The translations under genes and the position numbers were made by a program. Below, piece by piece: positions 59,971 through 64,000 of a stretch of 64,000 nt of DNA. Position 1 is the first letter of the stretch. The number at the start of each line of letters is the position of its first letter. The stretch is taken from positions 2,208,001-2,272,000 of the forward strand of contig OX638351.1 in assembly GCA_951813565.1 (NCBI GenBank). Reading direction: 5' to 3'. Under the pieces are notes generated by a model that did not search any database, had not been told where the DNA came from, and worked only from the letters and a program-made list of their open reading frames with translations. Source of the stretch: an uncultured Poribacteria bacterium (lineage in GTDB: Bacteria; Poribacteria; WGA-4E; WGA-3G).

Positions 59971-60216
59971 ACGCGTTGTGCCAGTTAACATTTGGTATAT
60001 TTATATTTCACATGTTCCTCTTGTTTGGGTTTGCATTCCGCAACTTTTCCGATAGCTGCTGTCCTCAAGGTAGGAGGGAACTCCGATTCCCGACTGCAAA
60101 CGTGTCGCGATTCGGAGATCGCTCCCGCCAAATGCCAAAAGCGTATTTGGCGTTGATCCCAAAATATGAACAATTGTGAAAAACAACAAAACTTTCACTT
60201 AACTGGCACAAGTCGT
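59971..60216. mobile_element. 246-bp MITE with 7-bp target duplication (tatatta)
   Basis: Inverted near-identical copy of 13619-13864. Confidence 0.9.
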
Positions 60217-60255
60217 TATATTAGCATTGAAAAGAAATAAATCAGAGGAGAATAA

Positions 60256-61158
60256 ATGCAACCACAATTACCTGATGCACGAAATGAAAATATCTTAGTC
60301 CACGTCGGTGGGGAATTGTTACCCCGCGAAAATGCGAAAATATCTGTGTTTGATAGCCTTGTCCAAGGTGGCGATGGCGTATGGGAAGGATTACGTATCT
60401 ACAAAGGTAAAATCTTTGCCTTGGATGCACACTTAGACCGACTGATAGACTCTGCCCACGCAATGGCGTTTGAAGGCATCCCTTCCCGCGATGAAATCAA
60501 AACTGCCATTTTTGAAACGCTTCAAGCTAACGACATGCGTGATGAAGTTCATATACGGTTGACACTTAGTCGTGGCAAAAAAGTGACCTCCAGTATGAAT
60601 CCACAAGTTAACCAATATGGGACATGTTTAATCGTTTTGGCAGAGTGGAAAGCACCGATTTATGCAAGCACTGGTGTTCGATTGATTACCTCAGCAATTC
60701 GGCGGAATCCAGCACAGTGTATTGACTCAAAGATACATCATAACAACTTGATTAACAATATTCTCGCAAAAATAGAAGCGAACGTTGCTGGCGTAGACGA
60801 TGCAATTATGCTGGACATTTTCGGCTTTGTCTCTGAAACAAATGCGACAAACATCTTTATAGTGAAAAAGGGACAAGTCCTCACACCGCATGCGGATAGT
60901 TGCCTTCCGGGGATTACGCGTGGCAACGTCATACATCTCGCTCGCGAGGCAGAGATTCCGTTAGTAGAACGAAACGTCTCTCTGACAGAGGTTTACACGG
61001 CAGATGAGATGTTCACGACAGGCACCGTTGGTGAGTTAAGTCCTGTGTTGGAGGTAGATGGTAGACAAATCGGCACAGGCAGTCCAGGACCGATGACCGA
61101 GCGTTTGCAAGAACTTTATGGGGAAATGACTGCACGTGAAGGCGTCCCGATACCGTAG
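60256..61158 (+). CDS. Class IV aminotransferase (branched-chain/D-amino acid)
   Basis: 'GDGVWEGLR', 'HLDRL', 'SETNATNIF', 'LPGITR', 'ADEMFTTGT'. Confidence 0.92.
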   Translation: MQPQLPDARNENILVHVGGELLPRENAKISVFDSLVQGGDGVWEGLRIYKGKIFALDAHLDRLIDSAHAMAFEGIPSRDEIKTAIFETLQANDMRDEVHIRLTLSRGKKVTSSMNPQVNQYGTCLIVLAEWKAPIYASTGVRLITSAIRRNPAQCIDSKIHHNNLINNILAKIEANVAGVDDAIMLDIFGFVSETNATNIFIVKKGQVLTPHADSCLPGITRGNVIHLAREAEIPLVERNVSLTEVYTADEMFTTGTVGELSPVLEVDGRQIGTGSPGPMTERLQELYGEMTAREGVPIP

Positions 61159-61168
61159 GGGTTTATCG

Positions 61169-62263
61169 CTACTGAATTTGCAATGCTTTCATCAAATCTT
61201 CCTCTCCGTCTTTGATGACTAATTCAATTGCCAATACAACTATCGGTAACTCTGTGGAAAGAGATGCCAACTTTTGTTCATCTTTCTGTGTTGTGACAAC
61301 CCATTCTGCCTCATACTGTTGCATCTGATGTTCAATTTGCTGTAAATCGGATTCGGTATAGGCATGATGATCAGGAAAAGCAAACAATTCTACTGCCTCT
61401 GGATTATACGCTTCAAGTGTTGCGACAAAAGCATCAGGATTACCAATGCCGCACACAGCCAGAAGTCGCTTTCCTGTTAGGTTTTTTATTGGTATTGTAG
61501 CATGTTTGTCAGGACAATTTAGCCAATACAGTGATGTGGGTTGATGTTTACTCTCCAAGATGGGTTTATTCGGTGCTAATTGGTTCAGCTCTGCCTTCAA
61601 ATCTGCAATCTGTGTATCAATAGCATCTGTCCGAGTCAGTAAAATAATGTCTGCGCGTTCAATTGCAGTTATGGGTTCCCGCAACGTACCTATAGGCAGT
61701 AGCGCGCCAGTGCCGTAAGGTTGCGTTGCATCTATCGTGAGAATATCAACATCACGTGCCAGTTGCCGATGCTGAAACCCATCATCAAGAATTAAGACAT
61801 CGCTTTTAAAGCGGTCAATAGCAGCTTCACCTGTTAGATAACGTTGTTTTCCAACAACAATCGGAACATTGGGAAGTTGACGTGTGAGCATATCCGCTTC
61901 ATCACCGCATTCTTCTCTTGAACAGAGGCGATTTTTATCATCCGATACGACCATTATTTCCTCACTGCTGCGCCGTTTATAGCCGCGTAGAAGAATTGCT
62001 ACCTGAAAACCTTTATTTTCAAGTAGTTTGGCAATTGCAGCGACTGCAGGGGTTTTACCTGTCCCACCTACAACAATATTGCCAACACTAATTACGGAAC
62101 AAGGCAATTGTTTTTGTTTAAAAATCCCACTTGTGAAGCAGTAATTTCGTATCCAGACGATACTACCGTAGAGCCAAGACAACGGCATTAGCAGGACGCG
62201 GAAGAGTGTCGGAATAACTCCGCGCTGCTTAGTCGTGATGAGAGTGTAGAGTATTCGTTTCAT
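61169..62263 (-). CDS. lpxK: Tetraacyldisaccharide 4'-kinase
   Basis: 'SVGNIVVGGTGKTP', 'LDDGFQH', 'FPDHH', 'TTQKD'. Confidence 0.95.
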   Translation of the reverse strand: MKRILYTLITTKQRGVIPTLFRVLLMPLSWLYGSIVWIRNYCFTSGIFKQKQLPCSVISVGNIVVGGTGKTPAVAAIAKLLENKGFQVAILLRGYKRRSSEEIMVVSDDKNRLCSREECGDEADMLTRQLPNVPIVVGKQRYLTGEAAIDRFKSDVLILDDGFQHRQLARDVDILTIDATQPYGTGALLPIGTLREPITAIERADIILLTRTDAIDTQIADLKAELNQLAPNKPILESKHQPTSLYWLNCPDKHATIPIKNLTGKRLLAVCGIGNPDAFVATLEAYNPEAVELFAFPDHHAYTESDLQQIEHQMQQYEAEWVVTTQKDEQKLASLSTELPIVVLAIELVIKDGEEDLMKALQIQ

Positions 62264-63414
62264 TGGGTGGGATTATGTGTTGATGCAATCTGTTCCAACA
62301 CTAACTGTGCTGTTCTTTCTGCTGCTCCTGACTCTCCCAATTGATGATAGACAGTATTGAGGGCATCGCGCTGTGCATCACATTTTTCAGGATTGCGGAG
62401 TAGGTCTAAGGTAAATTCCGTGAGTGTGTCTGGTGATAGATCATCTTGAAGAAGTTCGGGGACAATACGTCTTTTGGCAATGAGATTCGGCAATCCGCTA
62501 TGTTCTAACGGGGTTAATGCGTTAATAATCCGCCAATTGAACTGTGAGGTTCGAAACAGAATAATCATCGGTGAACCGATACAAGCGGCTTCAAGCGTTG
62601 CGGTGCCAGAAGTAATCAGCATCAACGTGGCAGCGCGCATGGCTGTGTAGGTTTCATCTTGTAATAACTTTACAGTTGGGATACCTTTGATTCCTTGTTT
62701 ACATTCGGATATTAGTTCCTCTGAAATACCCGGAGCAAGAGGTAGAATCCATTCTGTATCTGAAAGAACCTGTGCAACGTTGGCTGCTGCCTTTAGCATA
62801 ATTGGAAGAATACGTTGGACTTCAGATCGTCTGCTGCCGGGCATCAGTCCAATAACTTGGGCGTTATTTTGCAAACCGAGTTTTTTTCGTGCTTGTGTCA
62901 ATGTGAGATCAGTCTTTGCAAAATCAACAAGCGGGTGTCCGACAAATTCGGCTGGTGCGCCTGCATCTTGATAAAATTCTGTTTCAAAGGGAAAAATTGA
63001 GGCGATGGCGTTTGCGCGTTTCGCGAGTTTTTTTGCTCTACCTGGCCGCCATGCCCACGCTTTTGGTGGAATATAGTAGACCATAGGAACACCTTGCGTG
63101 TAGGCGGACTTTGCTAAAGGCATGTTAAACTCGGCAAAATCAACCAAGAGGAGGACATCTGGAGGGTGTTGACGGATACGTTTTTTTAATAATGCTTGTT
63201 TTTTTAGAAACTTTGGAAGGACAGCGAAGACATCAGCAAAACCCATGACAGCGGAATCACGGATGTGGATATCCAGACACACACCAGCTTCTTCCATCAT
63301 GTCGCCCCCCATGCCGTAGAAAGATATTTCTGTGCATTTTGCTTTAAGTGCTTGGACGACATGTGAAGCGTGCAGGTCGCCAGAGGGTTCACCTGCAACA
63401 ATCATAAGCTGCAT
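62260..63414 (-). CDS. lpxB: Lipid-A-disaccharide synthase
   Basis: 'AGEPSGDLH', 'FVGHPL', 'MPGSRRSE', 'SGTATLE', 'VPELLQ'. Confidence 0.95.
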   Translation of the reverse strand: MQLMIVAGEPSGDLHASHVVQALKAKCTEISFYGMGGDMMEEAGVCLDIHIRDSAVMGFADVFAVLPKFLKKQALLKKRIRQHPPDVLLLVDFAEFNMPLAKSAYTQGVPMVYYIPPKAWAWRPGRAKKLAKRANAIASIFPFETEFYQDAGAPAEFVGHPLVDFAKTDLTLTQARKKLGLQNNAQVIGLMPGSRRSEVQRILPIMLKAAANVAQVLSDTEWILPLAPGISEELISECKQGIKGIPTVKLLQDETYTAMRAATLMLITSGTATLEAACIGSPMIILFRTSQFNWRIINALTPLEHSGLPNLIAKRRIVPELLQDDLSPDTLTEFTLDLLRNPEKCDAQRDALNTVYHQLGESGAAERTAQLVLEQIASTHNPTQ

Positions 63415-63459
63415 TATGGTTTGTGGTTAAAATGGCACAAGGTGTGCTTATTACGGTGA

Positions 63460-64000
63460 CTACGGCATTAAGCCTGGTAATTTGAGTCCATCTGTTTCGT
63501 CGTAGCCGAACATCAGATTGAGGTTCTGCAGTGCAGCACCAGCCGCGCCTTTTCCAAGGTTATCAAGTGCTGCCATAGCAACAACACGCTGCGTCCGCTC
63601 ATCAACTTCTATCCCGACATCGCAATAGTTGCTTCCGAGGACCGCCTTGGTTTGTGGATAAATTTCTTTGTCAAGAACTCGGATGAACGGTTCATTTTGG
63701 TAAAAAGTAGTATATGTCTCAAGTAAAGTTTCAGTATCAAGCGGTTTTTTCAGGCGTGCATAGACGGTACTGAGAATCCCGCGTGTCATCGGAACTAAAT
63801 GCGGCGTGAAGGTTACTGAAATATCTTGTCCAGCAATCGCACTTAATTCTTGTTCAATCTCTGGTGTATGACGGTGTTTTCCGATATTATAAGCAACAAG
63901 ATTTGCCTCACGATTCGGATAATGCGTAGTATCTTTCGGTTTTGGTCCTGCCCCAGAAATACCTGATTTAGAATCAACAATTACTGAATCTAATTCAATG
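63460..64000 (-). CDS. argC: N-acetyl-gamma-glutamyl-phosphate reductase (5' part outside window)
   Basis: 'DSKSGISGAG', 'HRHTPEIEQ', 'FTPHLVPMTRGILST', 'DNLGKGAAG'. Confidence 0.95.
   Translation of the reverse strand, partial: IELDSVIVDSKSGISGAGPKPKDTTHYPNREANLVAYNIGKHRHTPEIEQELSAIAGQDISVTFTPHLVPMTRGILSTVYARLKKPLDTETLLETYTTFYQNEPFIRVLDKEIYPQTKAVLGSNYCDVGIEVDERTQRVVAMAALDNLGKGAAGAALQNLNLMFGYDETDGLKLPGLMP

Overview
A 64 kb bacterial chromosomal segment of about 43-45% GC (estimated by eye). The gene content suggests a sponge-symbiont-type genome resembling Candidatus Poribacteria; this is inference, not verified. The indicators are four PhyH-type dioxygenases, ECF sigma factors with long C-terminal extensions, secreted proteins ending in a 'KLTTxWGxIK' motif, and many sugar-catabolic enzymes. 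Housekeeping and metabolic genes include dgoD, hflX, ppk2, lpxB, lpxK, partial argC and tRNA-Leu(CAA). Five IS elements (IS630, IS1634, a DDE_Tnp_1 element, IS982, IS1595) plus an IS630 fragment are interspersed, along with several MITE families, GTAG-type REPs and several pseudogenes. Main observations: (1) two tandem dnaN paralogs outside any dnaA/recF/gyrB context, both with altered peptide-binding pocket residues; (2) about 13 copies of ~33-bp TCAAC+hairpin micro-elements with covarying stems, inserted in REPs and in each other; (3) a sigma54 module (enhancer palindromes, -24/-12 promoter, two exported proteins, activator) disrupted by IS982 and by decay of the activator; (4) a PhyH-family enzyme with an HxG halogenase-type motif; (5) five REP hairpins between a promoter and tRNA-Leu; (6) a shared ECF-type promoter upstream of two fusion sigma factors. 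No CRISPR array, reverse transcriptase, prophage or rRNA was found.
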